Source of the DNA: Octopus vulgaris
Taxonomy: Eukaryota
Length of the DNA: 64,000 nucleotides
Direction of reading: 5' to 3'
Assembly (NCBI GenBank): GCA_951406725.2
Contig: OX597838.1
Span: forward strand, 9,176,001 to 9,240,000
The notes under the pieces are model-generated. The model saw only the letters and a program-made list of their open reading frames with translations, was not told the DNA's origin and searched no databases. Shown in pieces: positions 53,101-64,000 of this stretch. A program made the translations under genes and the position numbers. Position 1 is the first letter of the stretch, and every line of letters begins with the position of its first letter.

Positions 53101-53218
53101 GTAGAGCCATATCTGCACCCATGAAACTTTGAGTAATGCAGAGCTTTCATGTCAACTTGTTATTTGAATACTTGCAACACCATGCGTTGATGGCCACATT
53201 TTTGCATTTGTTCATTTA

Positions 53219-53267
<49 letters not shown>

Positions 53268-53767
53268 ACATGTGTGCATGTGTGTGTGTGTATACAACAA
53301 ACCTGGAGAATCTGTTTGTAAATTATGAAATAAATGTCCTCCTACATATGTTTCAGTGAAAATAAAAGCAGAATGATGCAATTTAAGCCTGGTGGGGTTT
53401 CTTCATCAGAGATACAGGGCTTTGATTGCATTATTCACTCATAATCTTCACTGAAACACATGTAAGATGATGTAACTAAATAATTTGACAACCAACTCTC
53501 TGGGTTTTCTTTTTCTTTTTTTTCTTTTCATATGTACTCTATGATCTTTCAAACTCTGGAGACCAGTGAAAGAAAGCTTGGACTATAAAACATAGGGTCT
53601 CTTCACAGTTTTCTATTTTGCTACATAAGGATGCACAGAAACCTCTAAATACTGGTGATATGTCATGCCATTTTAATTTAAATCACACTATACAAATATA
53701 TATACACAAACGGCGGTGCATCAGCATGGCCGCAGCTCTGAGCTGAAACAAGAAAAAAAAAATACAA

Positions 53768-53798
<31 letters not shown>

Positions 53799-53955
53799 AA
53801 ATTAAATAAGGGTAGAAATTGATATTAATCAATTAAAACCAGTGGCCTAGCATATTTTTAAAAAATCCAACGATTAGAAATTTTTTTACATGCAAAATTT
53901 AGAGGACTGACCACTTGGCTGTCCATTTTTTTAGTGGTCATTCCTCTAAATTTTG

Positions 53956-53990
<35 letters not shown>

Positions 53991-54162
53991 ACATGCATAG
54001 ATACACACGCAACCACACACACAAGTAATGGTAGAGACATATGGATTTACTGATGTGAAGATAGACTGAGGTTAGTAAATGAAACCAACTGGAATTTTAT
54101 ACACTCATGGAGGTTAGTCAGCATAAATAACTGGTACATGCGACTACGGTACCCACTTAGAT

Positions 54163-54239
<77 letters not shown>

Positions 54240-54792
54240 GTGTGTTTTGGAGACAAGAAAGTCAATTTTGAATGCCAACATTTTTTCTGTCTTACAAAGG
54301 GTTAAATACTCAATCTTTCTCTGCTGTTTTCACAGCTTTACTGCATTTGAAATTTACTTTCTTTTTTGAAAAATTCCAACCACATTCGATGGTTCCAAAG
54401 TTTGTCGATACAAACCCAGAACAGTGAGAGAACATCATCGATGAGGTTGCCAATGACAACGAAAGAACTTTGACAAACCAACTGATTTATCAGTTGATCA
54501 AACAATCACTCAAACAATTAATTAGTTAACTGGTTAACTATTAATAAATAAAAAAAAAAAACATGCAAGAAAATCAGCGTGTGTGTTTTTATTGGCCAAA
54601 TGACCTTCCCCAGATGCATTATCTATTTCAATACATGAATTCATTTGAAGGATGAAAAAAAATCATCAAAGAAAACAAATACAAAACTGAAATATGTATG
54701 TATGTATGTATGTTTGTATGTATGTATGTATGTATGTATGATTGTATGTATGTATGTTTGTATGTATGTATGTATGTATGTATGTATGTATG

Positions 54793-54823
<31 letters not shown>

Positions 54824-54980
54824 GTATGTGTGTATGTGTGTATGAATGTATGTATGATTGTATGTATGTATGTATGCATGTATATATGCATGTATGTATG
54901 TATGTATGTATGTATGTATGTATGTATGTATGTATGTATGTATGTATGTATGATTGTATGTATGATTGTATGTATGTATG

Positions 54981-55014
<34 letters not shown>

Positions 55015-55483
55015 TGTATGATTGTATGTATGTATGTATGTATGATTGTATGTATGTATGTATGTATGTATTTATGTACGTATGTATACAAACACACACA
55101 TATGCATGTCAGTCTTCCAGTCAGCTTAAAACATCAGAGTTGCCTTCATTAACATCAGCACCTTGAAAGGTAAGTTCGGAGAGATTGTAGAGGTGCTAGA
55201 GCAGAGAACATTGGTGTATGTTATGTACAAGAGATAAGATGGAAGAGGAGTTCAGCCAAAGTCCTTCCAGATAAGGAGCAGCAGTACAAATTCTTCTCGG
55301 TTAGTAACCACAAGGGAGTGGGTGATGTAAGTATATCATAGCCAAAGAAATTGATAGATAATGTAATTGAGGTGAATGATAGAGTGAACAATACGATAAT
55401 TGAGCTTAGACTAACGATCAATAGTTGAACAGTGTCATTGATCTCTGCATACACGTGACAGCAAGAGCTGATGAACAGAAGGA

Positions 55484-55710
55484 CCTATTTCTTTACAACC
55501 CACAAGGGGCTAAACACAGAGGGGACAAACAAGGACAGACAAATGGATTAAGTCGATTACATCAACCCCAGTGCGTAACTGGTACTTAATTTATCGACTC
55601 CGAAAGGATGAAAGGCAAAGTCGACCTTGGCGGAATTTGAACTCAGAACGTAATGGCAGACGAAATACAGCTACGCATTTCGCCCGGCGTGCTAACGTTT
55701 CTGCCAGTTC
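55484..55710 (-). mobile_element. SINE family A monomer with 16-bp TSD, inserted in a decayed LINE remnant
   Basis: Reverse-strand family A sequence flanked by GATGAACAGAAGGACC at 55470-55485 and 55711-55726. Other family A copies lie at about 10430-10663(-), 11006-11163(+), 15640-15810(+), 40310-40520(+) and 44950-45185(+). Confidence 0.85.
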
Positions 55711-56474
55711 GATGAACAGAAGGACCACCCTTATGATGTCCCTTCTGCAGTTTACTTCAATGACAGATTACAAATTGAGGCTTCTTCATCATTGCATCTG
55801 GTGACTTGAAAGGAAATGCTGGAAAACACCAGGAAGGCTTCCAAAGACTAAATATAGGCTATGGATATCCTTCAAGAAGGAGGGATCAATATTACTGCAG
55901 TTCTGCAGCAGAAATAACCTAATCATTAGCAGCAGTACAGGAAATCAATTAGAGACTTGATCATCTGTTAATTAGGTGGACCCACAAGTTGAATAAACTT
56001 CATCCTTGGTAGGATCTGAACTCAGATTGCAGAGATCCAGAAAAAATACTGTAGACTAAAATACCAGATGCTCTAATAGTTCTACCAGTTCACCAGTCTT
56101 TAAATAGACTTCCTTATCTCCAGAAAACAGGATAGACAGATGATTGCGACTGCTAAGTTTATCCTTGATGACTAATGTATTATCCAGCACAGGTTTGAGA
56201 TTAGATATAACAGAGTAAGAGCAAAGTAGACTCAGAGGGTAAGATAAATTCATGTTTAAAAATCTTCTGAGACAAAAGCCTGGATAAGCTTCTAAAAAAA
56301 AAAAAAACGATCTCACACACACCTCCCATTTATTTATTTATTTATTTAAGGAAGGTTACTGTTAAAGAATTTCAGTCACCTTCCTTGCATCTGATTGTAA
56401 TTGGCGTTTGGAATTCTAAATCGTTTTGCTCCATCGTTGAATTGGAAACGAAATTCAACTTGCTGGTGAAATAC

Positions 56475-56888
56475 CTTTTTTTTTTTTACTACCCACAAGG
56501 ACAAACAAGAGAGGACAAACAAGGACAGACAAACGGATTAAGTCGATTATATCGACCTCAGTGCGTAACTGGTACTTATTTAATCGACCACGAAAGGATG
56601 AAAGGCAAAGTCGACCTCGGCAAAATTTGAACTCAGAACGTAGCGGCAGACGAAATACCTATTTCTTTACTACCCACAAGGGGCTAAACACAGAGAGGAC
56701 AAACAAGGACAGACAAACGGATTAAGTCGATTATATCGACCTCAGTGCGTAACTGGTACTTATTTAATCGACCACGAAAGGATGAAAGGCAAAGTCGACC
56801 TCGGCAGAATTTGAACTCAGAACGTAGCGGCAGGCGAAATACTGCTAAGCATTTAACCCGGCGTGCTAACGCTTCTGCCAGCTCGCCA
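56475..56888 (-). mobile_element. SINE family A dimer
   Basis: Two bodies joined at GACGAAATACCTATTTCT, the same junction as in the 8-mer array, with the head at the right end. Confidence 0.85.
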
Positions 56889-56989
56889 GCGCACGCACGC
56901 ATATAAGTGCGCACACGAGTCTCACTAGTTGCTGTTCTTGTTTAGCCTCCATAGCAGCTCTGAGCCAGCGGACCAATAATGAAATGCAT

Positions 56990-57250
56990 TCCATCCATGA
57001 CTATCCCATCTTTCAAGTTGTTTAATAATTAGCACATGATCCTCCTGTCGTTTGATTTCTTCCTTTTCTCTTCTGAGGGCTTCGAAGTTTTTGGTTCCGA
57101 TGGTGTTGAAGCACCGCCACTTAGTACGGTCTCGGGCTTGTGTTTCAAACGATTCAGGATCAATTCCAGTAGCTTTCATTTCTGTTTTTAGTTGGTCCCC
57201 GTATCTCCGAAAAAGGGCAACCTCATGGTCTTTTTCCTGAAGTGAGCTCA
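56990..57250 (-). mobile_element. RTE-like LINE 3' fragment
   Basis: RRYGDQLKTEMKATGIDPESFETQARDRTKWR resembles the RTE ORF2 C-terminus. Confidence 0.65.
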
Positions 57251-57936
57251 CTGAATAAGACTTAACATGGGAACCTTGACTCTTCTGTTCTTACTGCGTG
57301 TCCTGACCAACGAAAATGGTATTACAGGATCAACGATTCAGTACTTTCCAGGACCTTTGGATCTTTCCAGGACTTTGTTGTTGGTCACATAATGTTCCCA
57401 TTTCATGCTCAAGATTGAACGAAGCTTTTGTTAGTGAAAGGGTTCTAATTTTTGGATGTGGTTCCGGCCTATGGTTGATGAGAGTTGAAATATCAGATAA
57501 GGATAACTCGGTTGTGTGCATAGAGAAAGCCAACCCCACGAGTATTTAAGCACGTAAGACTCCAGCCACATCCCTGCTGTATCCTTGGGATATTCTTTTG
57601 TTTTGCAAAATTACTTCTCATCTGAGGATTACAGTCTTTTATAACGGAGCAAAGTTCTCATTCTTCAACACACACGCACCCATTTTCCATTTTCACCAAC
57701 GACCAAACAAATGAGAGAAGTTGCTTGTTAACTTGAGAAAGTGAACGCGTAAACTCCAAGACCGCTCATTTTTAATCCATTCTGGTCACTTCCAATTTTT
57801 TTTTTTACTTTTTATTCCTGACGCAATTTTTTTAAACGCGCGAAAAATAATTAACCGAATTACTTCCCTTTAATTTTACGTTTTATTTTCTACTTGGCTT
57901 TACCTCCTCTTGTTTTATTTTCGGTTTACTTTCTAC

Positions 57937-57979
57937 CCTGTAGATGGCGCGTTGTTAATAACGCTTCGCCTTAACAACG
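57937..57979. promoter_or_regulatory. Candidate NPHP1 promoter motifs (CTCF-like site plus inverted X-box-like half-sites)
   Basis: CCTGTAGATGGCGC resembles the CTCF consensus; CGTTGTTAA-N12-TTAACAACG is a perfect 9-bp inverted repeat with RFX-like half-sites; locally CpG-rich. Confidence 0.35.
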
Positions 57980-58020
57980 TGTAAACTTCAAGTTTTTGCA
58001 AAGAATGTTAATACGAACAG

Positions 58021-58185
58021 GTAGATACACACACATACACACACACACACACACACATACACACACATATATTTATATATAGATAGATACACACACACAG
58101 ACATACATTGACGCGAGCAGCCACGTTTATTCATTCATACATTCGTACACACACTCGCGCCCAACTTATTCTTCTACATACACAG
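58021..58185 (+). other. Candidate 5'-UTR intron of the NPHP1-like gene
   Basis: AACAG|gtagat donor, (CA)n-filled interior, and ttattcttctacatacacag| acceptor 11 nt upstream of the ATG. Confidence 0.5.
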
Positions 58186-58196
58186 GCGTAATAATA

Positions 58197-61136
58197 ATGT
58201 TGGGCAGGACACCAGTTGCGCTCCAGACGTTATCGAATTCGTATGATAAATTAAAAAAAGATACAGATTCGTTTCTAAAGAAGTTTAAAAAGTTTAAGAA
58301 GTCGAATCCGGACGTGAAGGAGTCGGAGAATGTTTTGGCGTTGAGCGAAGAATGTAAAAGTTTGGCGAACGAGCTGGAAGGTCTAACGAAGGAAATTGAT
58401 TTACTTGAAAATAAGGATCCGAAACAACAGAAGAATTTCGATTCCAAGAAAAAGAGCCTTCTGAAAAAAGTGGCCACCCAACAGAAACTAGTATCAGATG
58501 CTTACGATGTTATTGTTCAACAAACAGCATCAGAAGAAAACGAAGGAAACAAAAACGGTGAAAGTACCAAAGATACAGATTCAGTGGGAAAGGCGGCAGC
58601 GAAAAGCACCACAACAAAGAAGAAGCAAAAGGAGATTTCTGAGAAGCAAAATCGATCGAAGAAAGAAAACAATAATAACAGTAGTAAGAAAGGTTCCCAG
58701 TCTGGAAGCAGCATTTCAGGAAATATTCTAGGAAATCATGAAAAAGAAATAAACGAAGATATATCTGAAAATGTGGACGAGCTTGATGAAAGCGATGATG
58801 ATGATGACGACGACGACGATGAAGACGATGACGATGATGATGATGACAATGAAGAGGATGATGATGACGAAGAGGAAGAAGAGGGTGCAACTAGTACTAC
58901 TGGTGCTGCTAGTACTAGTGCCACTGCTAGCTCGAGTGGCCCAGCTAGTAGTACCAGTGTTGCAGTTACAGAGAATGACGATGTTAGTAAGGTAAAGTCT
59001 TTTACAAGTAGCCATTCTTCTTCGAAATCCAAGTTGAAAATTTTGAAACAGAAATCAGACTCTGAGAAAAGCCCCACTCAAGTTGTTCCCACGCCAGATC
59101 CTCATGAGGGACCAGCAGCAGCGACAACAACAACAACAACAACCACAGAAAGTCAAAGTTCGGTGACCAACCAGAAGAAGAAAGGTTTGAAATCAAAGTT
59201 AATAGCCGACATGAAATCAGTTTTGAAACATAATCTTCGTCCTAAAGAGAAATTACCTCCAAAAACTAAGGAACCCTTGGAAGAGGAAGATGAAGGAAAG
59301 AAGGAGGAAGAGGAGTCAGATGAAGAAGAGGTGGAGGAGGAGTCTGATGAATATGAGGCAGAAGAGGAGAAGGAGGACGTGGGTAAAGTGGATGAGGAAG
59401 AAGGGGATTCTACAAATGAGGAAGATGATGATGATGAGGAGGAGGAATCTGAGTCTGATGAAGAAGTAGAACTTCCTACTAAGTATTTTGTTGCATTATC
59501 AAACTATGAGAAAGAAGAGACGAATGATTTAAGTTTTAAGAAAGGTGAAGTCTTGAAAATCGTGCAGGCCCATCGAAATGGTTGGTGGCTTGCTGAAAAT
59601 AAGGATGGTTTTCGAGGCCTGGTGCCCAGCACCTATCTGCAGATGAGGTCTACTACTGATGTCGATGATGATGATGAGGAGGAGGAGGATAGCACTGAAG
59701 AATCGGCAAAAGATGAAGGAGAAAGTGACAGTGATGATAACTTTGAGGAAGAAGAAGAGAAAGAAAAAGAAAATGAAGAAGACTCAGATATGGATGAGGA
59801 TGTGAAAGTGGACAGCGGAGGAGATAAACCGAAAATTCGTTCTGCTAAACAACTTTGGCAAACTATCAAAGAATCGATTCAAGAACAATCCATTGTTGAT
59901 GTTCTTCAAGCAAAAGGCACTGTGCCATCTGGTTTCAGACCTTCTACTCTGAGTAGTTTATGGGCTGCCAACTCGGAGTATCGCATGGAGAAAGCACTTC
60001 ATCCGTCCTTGAGTAAAACTGCAATGGGCTATACAGATTTGTTTTACTCTCCTTCAGACAAACATATTTGTCCTTACAGTGTAAATATATTAAAAATTGG
60101 GAGCATTCAGTCTTGCCGGAACATTCCACAAACAGGTCCGGGTATCGATGTCCAGTGTCGATGCGTACGAGTTTGTATCTTTGATGGAAAAAATGTCTTG
60201 AGTAACATACACACAATCAAAGTGCAATCAGTTGATAAATCTCAAAAGTCTTGGAGTTTTTCTTCTCGTGTCTCTGATAATATGGATGTCAGTTTACATA
60301 CGGAATTCTTTGTGAGAACAAATTACTCAGGGAATCAGATAAGTTTACTGTTTGAGCTGTGTCTGTCATACACCCAACAAGACACCCAGGAACAAGGGGT
60401 ATTCAGCTGTGGTTGGACTAAGCTTTTATTAAATGAAGAAACCATTACAAACCGTTCTTATGAATTGCCCCTTCATGGTGGAACTCCCTATGATAGAGGT
60501 ATTCCTCTTGATTCCAGGTTTTCAAATGCAGTTGAAGAGAATTCCTTTCTTAGTCTCTTTACTGGGCACCAAAAGCCAACATTAGTGGTCAAAATTTTTC
60601 CTCCCAAAAAAGAACAGAAAGATGTTTTGAACAGTTTACCTCACACCATCATTGGTAATGCGTGCCTGATGCATTTCTATGCATTGTACCGGAACATTCT
60701 GGCAAAGACTCTCCTACGAGACAGAACCGATTCGGATAACACGGAGCTGATATCCAGTTCGGTTTTGGCGTCTTTCCCTTTGGTTGCGGATCAATTCGAC
60801 ATGATGCAATTGCTTCGTGACACTTGGATTGAGAAACAGAAAGAGATGAGTCGAACGGCTCGACGCGACAGCAACAACCACAAGAAGATGTTTATAGATA
60901 GTTTCCTGGAGACTGTTTACCCATTTTCCCATATACTGACCCCTGGAGGGCCTGCAACAGGCATAGACACAAGCCAAAGGCAGTATGATGCCATACAGAA
61001 ATTCAAAGAATTGAAATCAGAACGTGGATCTACGCTGGCCGTTTTGTTGAGCGATGATTTCACTTACGAACCAATGAGACTAAATGAAGTGACATTTTCT
61101 GTTTTGAAAGATAACGAATCCATAAGTGAGGCATGA
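58197..61136 (+). CDS. NPHP1: Nephrocystin-1-like protein, 979 aa, single coding exon
   Basis: Domain order matches NPHP1: N-terminal coiled coil, acidic tract, SH3 (about 59484-59642, YFVALSNYE...DLSFKKGEVL...GWWLAE...GLVPSTYL), second acidic tract, then the nephrocystin-homology region with GFRPSTLS, FDGKNVLSNIHT, FELCLSY and SCGW...YELPLHGGTPY. Confidence 0.88.
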   Translation: MLGRTPVALQTLSNSYDKLKKDTDSFLKKFKKFKKSNPDVKESENVLALSEECKSLANELEGLTKEIDLLENKDPKQQKNFDSKKKSLLKKVATQQKLVSDAYDVIVQQTASEENEGNKNGESTKDTDSVGKAAAKSTTTKKKQKEISEKQNRSKKENNNNSSKKGSQSGSSISGNILGNHEKEINEDISENVDELDESDDDDDDDDDEDDDDDDDDNEEDDDDEEEEEGATSTTGAASTSATASSSGPASSTSVAVTENDDVSKVKSFTSSHSSSKSKLKILKQKSDSEKSPTQVVPTPDPHEGPAAATTTTTTTTESQSSVTNQKKKGLKSKLIADMKSVLKHNLRPKEKLPPKTKEPLEEEDEGKKEEEESDEEEVEEESDEYEAEEEKEDVGKVDEEEGDSTNEEDDDDEEEESESDEEVELPTKYFVALSNYEKEETNDLSFKKGEVLKIVQAHRNGWWLAENKDGFRGLVPSTYLQMRSTTDVDDDDEEEEDSTEESAKDEGESDSDDNFEEEEEKEKENEEDSDMDEDVKVDSGGDKPKIRSAKQLWQTIKESIQEQSIVDVLQAKGTVPSGFRPSTLSSLWAANSEYRMEKALHPSLSKTAMGYTDLFYSPSDKHICPYSVNILKIGSIQSCRNIPQTGPGIDVQCRCVRVCIFDGKNVLSNIHTIKVQSVDKSQKSWSFSSRVSDNMDVSLHTEFFVRTNYSGNQISLLFELCLSYTQQDTQEQGVFSCGWTKLLLNEETITNRSYELPLHGGTPYDRGIPLDSRFSNAVEENSFLSLFTGHQKPTLVVKIFPPKKEQKDVLNSLPHTIIGNACLMHFYALYRNILAKTLLRDRTDSDNTELISSSVLASFPLVADQFDMMQLLRDTWIEKQKEMSRTARRDSNNHKKMFIDSFLETVYPFSHILTPGGPATGIDTSQRQYDAIQKFKELKSERGSTLAVLLSDDFTYEPMRLNEVTFSVLKDNESISEA

Positions 61137-61833
61137 TTCAGAACAAAAATAAGGCAAAAAAAACCAAAAAAAAAACTCACCTGTCTTTGTGAGAAAGACA
61201 ATCTTGAAGAAAAGGTGTGATGTGTGATGAGATGAAAGAGAGATTGTTATTTCAAGCAGGGATTCTTTGATTTATTTTCAAGTAAATTACAACTGATGAA
61301 GGCCGCCACATCACCATTGGACTACCATTTTCTAATTACTGTCAGGTAAATCTCAATGAAATTCATCTGGCATTGCTGCTATCAGTCAGGTAATTTTGCC
61401 AGGTACTTAATTAGATTTGTGTACTTAGTGCTTGATATGTTTGCTTGAAACTGTATTGTAATGACAGTACAGTACTAGATGTACTAAATGTATTTGTGAG
61501 TCCTGATTAGTCAATGTTACAATCTCACCTGTACATGCACACATATTTCGAAATATAATCAAAACAAACACCTTTCATATCCAAGAATATCTAAGCACAA
61601 AAACACTATATATACGTGCATATGTATATGTATGTATGTGTGTATATATACATATTTATATATATATATATAAAAATAAGCAACAAGGATATCCAAGGTA
61701 GAGTAGTACAATTGTTTCATGCTTGCTTATTTTGATTATAATCACCCCATTTGATTTATATGGATAATACCATACAAAATTCTGGCGCCTTTAACTTAAG
61801 TACCATATTCATCTGAATCTAAATTTTGCTGAA

Positions 61834-61879
<46 letters not shown>

Positions 61880-62082
61880 TTTACTTGTTTCAGTCATTTG
61901 ACTGCGGCCATGCTGGAGCACCGCCTTTAATCGAGCAACTCGACCCCGGGACTTATTCTTTTGTAAGCCCAGTACTTATTCTATCGGTCTCTTTTGCCGA
62001 ACCGCTAAGTAACGGGGGACATAAACACACCAGCATCGGTTGTCAAGCAATGCTAGGGGGACAAACACACACACACAAATAC

Positions 62083-62144
<62 letters not shown>

Positions 62145-62214
62145 GGATAAAAACAGTTTGATTCAAATTCGTTGATAATCTTCAGTTTCAAGCATGATGC
62201 TAGTCGTCAGCTAT

Positions 62215-62258
<44 letters not shown>

Positions 62259-63228
62259 AACAACGGGCTTCCATACAGTTTCCATCTAATTCCAGTTACT
62301 AGCACAGTAGAAGACACTTGCCCAAGGGTGCTGTGCAGTGAGGTAGAACATAAAGCCAATTATTCTCATAGCCTAGACTTGTATACATGTGCGTATACAT
62401 AAATACACACACACATACACACTGGTTTTGTTTCACGGGTTATTTTTTTATTACGAACCCACTAAGGTCGCAAGGTGGCAGAACCATCTGCATAGCATGG
62501 CAGGCAAAATGCTTAGCGGCATTTATTCAATTTTAATGATTTGAGTTCAAATTCTGCTGAAATTGACTTTGAAAGGGTGAAACCCTTTCAGGGTTGATAA
62601 AATAAATATCAGTCAAAAATTGGGGCTGATGTAATCAGTTAGTGCCCCACAACACATACACACACACACACACATAATCATGTTGGGCCTGCCCCCCCAA
62701 TCTTCGTTCTCTCCGACACGCTGTGCCTTCCAGTTTTGAAACAGCGCTTTCACATTTATTGTTTCCATAATATTTCCATCTCCCAGTTGAGCAGTAGAAC
62801 TCCTAAAAAGGGACAGGAGTTCAAACTGCTTTCTGGGATAAACACTTTTGAAGGGATTTCATTGGTGATGGGCATATTATCCGCATATAAACCAAACTCA
62901 ACTGTGAGCAGTAAACTCCACAGACTTTGTTCGCAATTCTTTGTATAAATCATGAATCTGAATAACTTGTGTGTGTGTGTGAATCACTGATACTTTTTTA
63001 TGATGCAGATTCACCAGTAATTTAAATAAAATAACAGCTGAGGAATCTGTAACTTTTAAATAAAGAAATTCTATTCTGTTGACCTCAGTGAAATATTAAA
63101 ACAATTTATATAAAAGTTTCCCTCATATTTTGTTCTCTTTGGATCCAATCCTTCAAAGTATTTTCAATAAAATATTTAATTATTCTATATCAAATATATG
63201 AAGTGTATATATTTGATGCATCTATTAA

Positions 63229-63702
63229 GCCTTTCATTACCAACCCAGCTGAAACCGTCTCTGGCTCTGAGTACAAATGTCTTGTTTTCATAAGTTTTGA
63301 ATTAAAATCTTCCACCAAACCTTAGTCACAATTTATGTTCCTAACACTAGCTTAATGATAATGAAGTTGTTTTACTAAATTCTTTGTTATATTTAAAATT
63401 AATTGGAAGAAACACAGAGCATCTCAACAGAAATATGGTAACAAAACGGTTAAAATATACAATAGAAAAACAATTCTTAACCCTTTCAATACCAACCTGG
63501 CTGAAACTGCCTCTGGCTCTGTAGTACAAATGCCTTATTTTCATAAGTTTTGAATTACAATCTTCCACCAAACCTTATTCACAATTTATGTTCCTAACAC
63601 TAGCTTAATGATAATGAAGTTGTTTTACTAAATTCTTTGTTATATTTAAAATTAATTGAAAGAAACACAGAGCCTCTCAAAATAAATACGGTAATGAAAG
63701 GG
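63229..63702. mobile_element. Two adjacent copies of a ~220-bp piggyBac-like MITE (63229-63449, 63481-63702)
   Basis: Each copy is bounded by TTAA with CCCTTTCA(A/T)TACC...GGTAATGAAAGGG-type TIRs and near-identical interiors. Degraded relatives at about 33282-33489 and 25965-26230. Confidence 0.75.
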
Positions 63703-64000
63703 TTAAATACCATTTTTTCAAATGATGTAAAATGCTGCCATTTTGATGGTAGAGGATGGTGGTTGTGTGTCATTGATGTGGCACAACCAATCCAAAGAAG
63801 TAACTTTGAATTCGACTCAAGCATCCATCTTTTTACTTGTTTCCTTTAACCAAACTTTCCAAAGCGGTGCCAAGCTGGCCATCTGATGCTTGGTTTGTCG
63901 TGGAGGCATCAAGTGTACCTGAAACCTAATTTACAAGTGGACTTGAAAATGTGAATGGAATCAGACCACTTTTGCATCAAATTGCTCTCCTCATATTTGC

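Noticed and set aside
54336-54550. Alternative P2X terminal exon after ttttcacag
   Set aside because: In the required phase 0 it encodes only LYCI-stop, with no other support.
58166-60977. Antisense and alternate-frame ORFs overlapping the NPHP1-like CDS
   Set aside because: Shadows of the low-complexity triplet-repeat coding sequence.
61176-63920. Minus-strand splice-like sites (donor near 61180, acceptors near 62958 and 63918) suggesting an antisense gene
   Set aside because: No continuous reading frame or recognisable protein links them; cannot be supported without transcript data.

Overview
AT-rich, microsatellite- and SINE-dense animal DNA. The repeat landscape suggests an octopus or other coleoid cephalopod; this is inference, not proven. 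Almost all six-frame ORFs are artefacts of (TA)n/(TACA)n/(TG)n runs or SINEs. Two real genes lie on the + strand. (1) A P2X purinergic (ATP-gated) ion channel gene, assembled by hand from GT-AG exons between 22862 and 50816. Its dorsal-fin exon is present as two divergent, frame-equivalent copies (40090-40219 and 43827-43980) that can only be used mutually exclusively, giving predicted 395-aa and 403-aa isoforms. (2) A nephrocystin-1 (NPHP1)-like gene with a 979-aa intronless CDS (58197-61136), probably a retrogene. The introns around the alternative P2X exons contain minimal type I hammerhead-ribozyme motifs and long foldback inverted repeats. Other content: a decayed Tc1 with a nested SINE, an internally deleted mariner, piggyBac-like MITEs, RTE and Penelope-like remnants, four SINE-like families (one forming an 8-unit tandem array just upstream of P2X) and two minisatellites. 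Repeat boundaries are approximate; exon boundaries were checked base by base.
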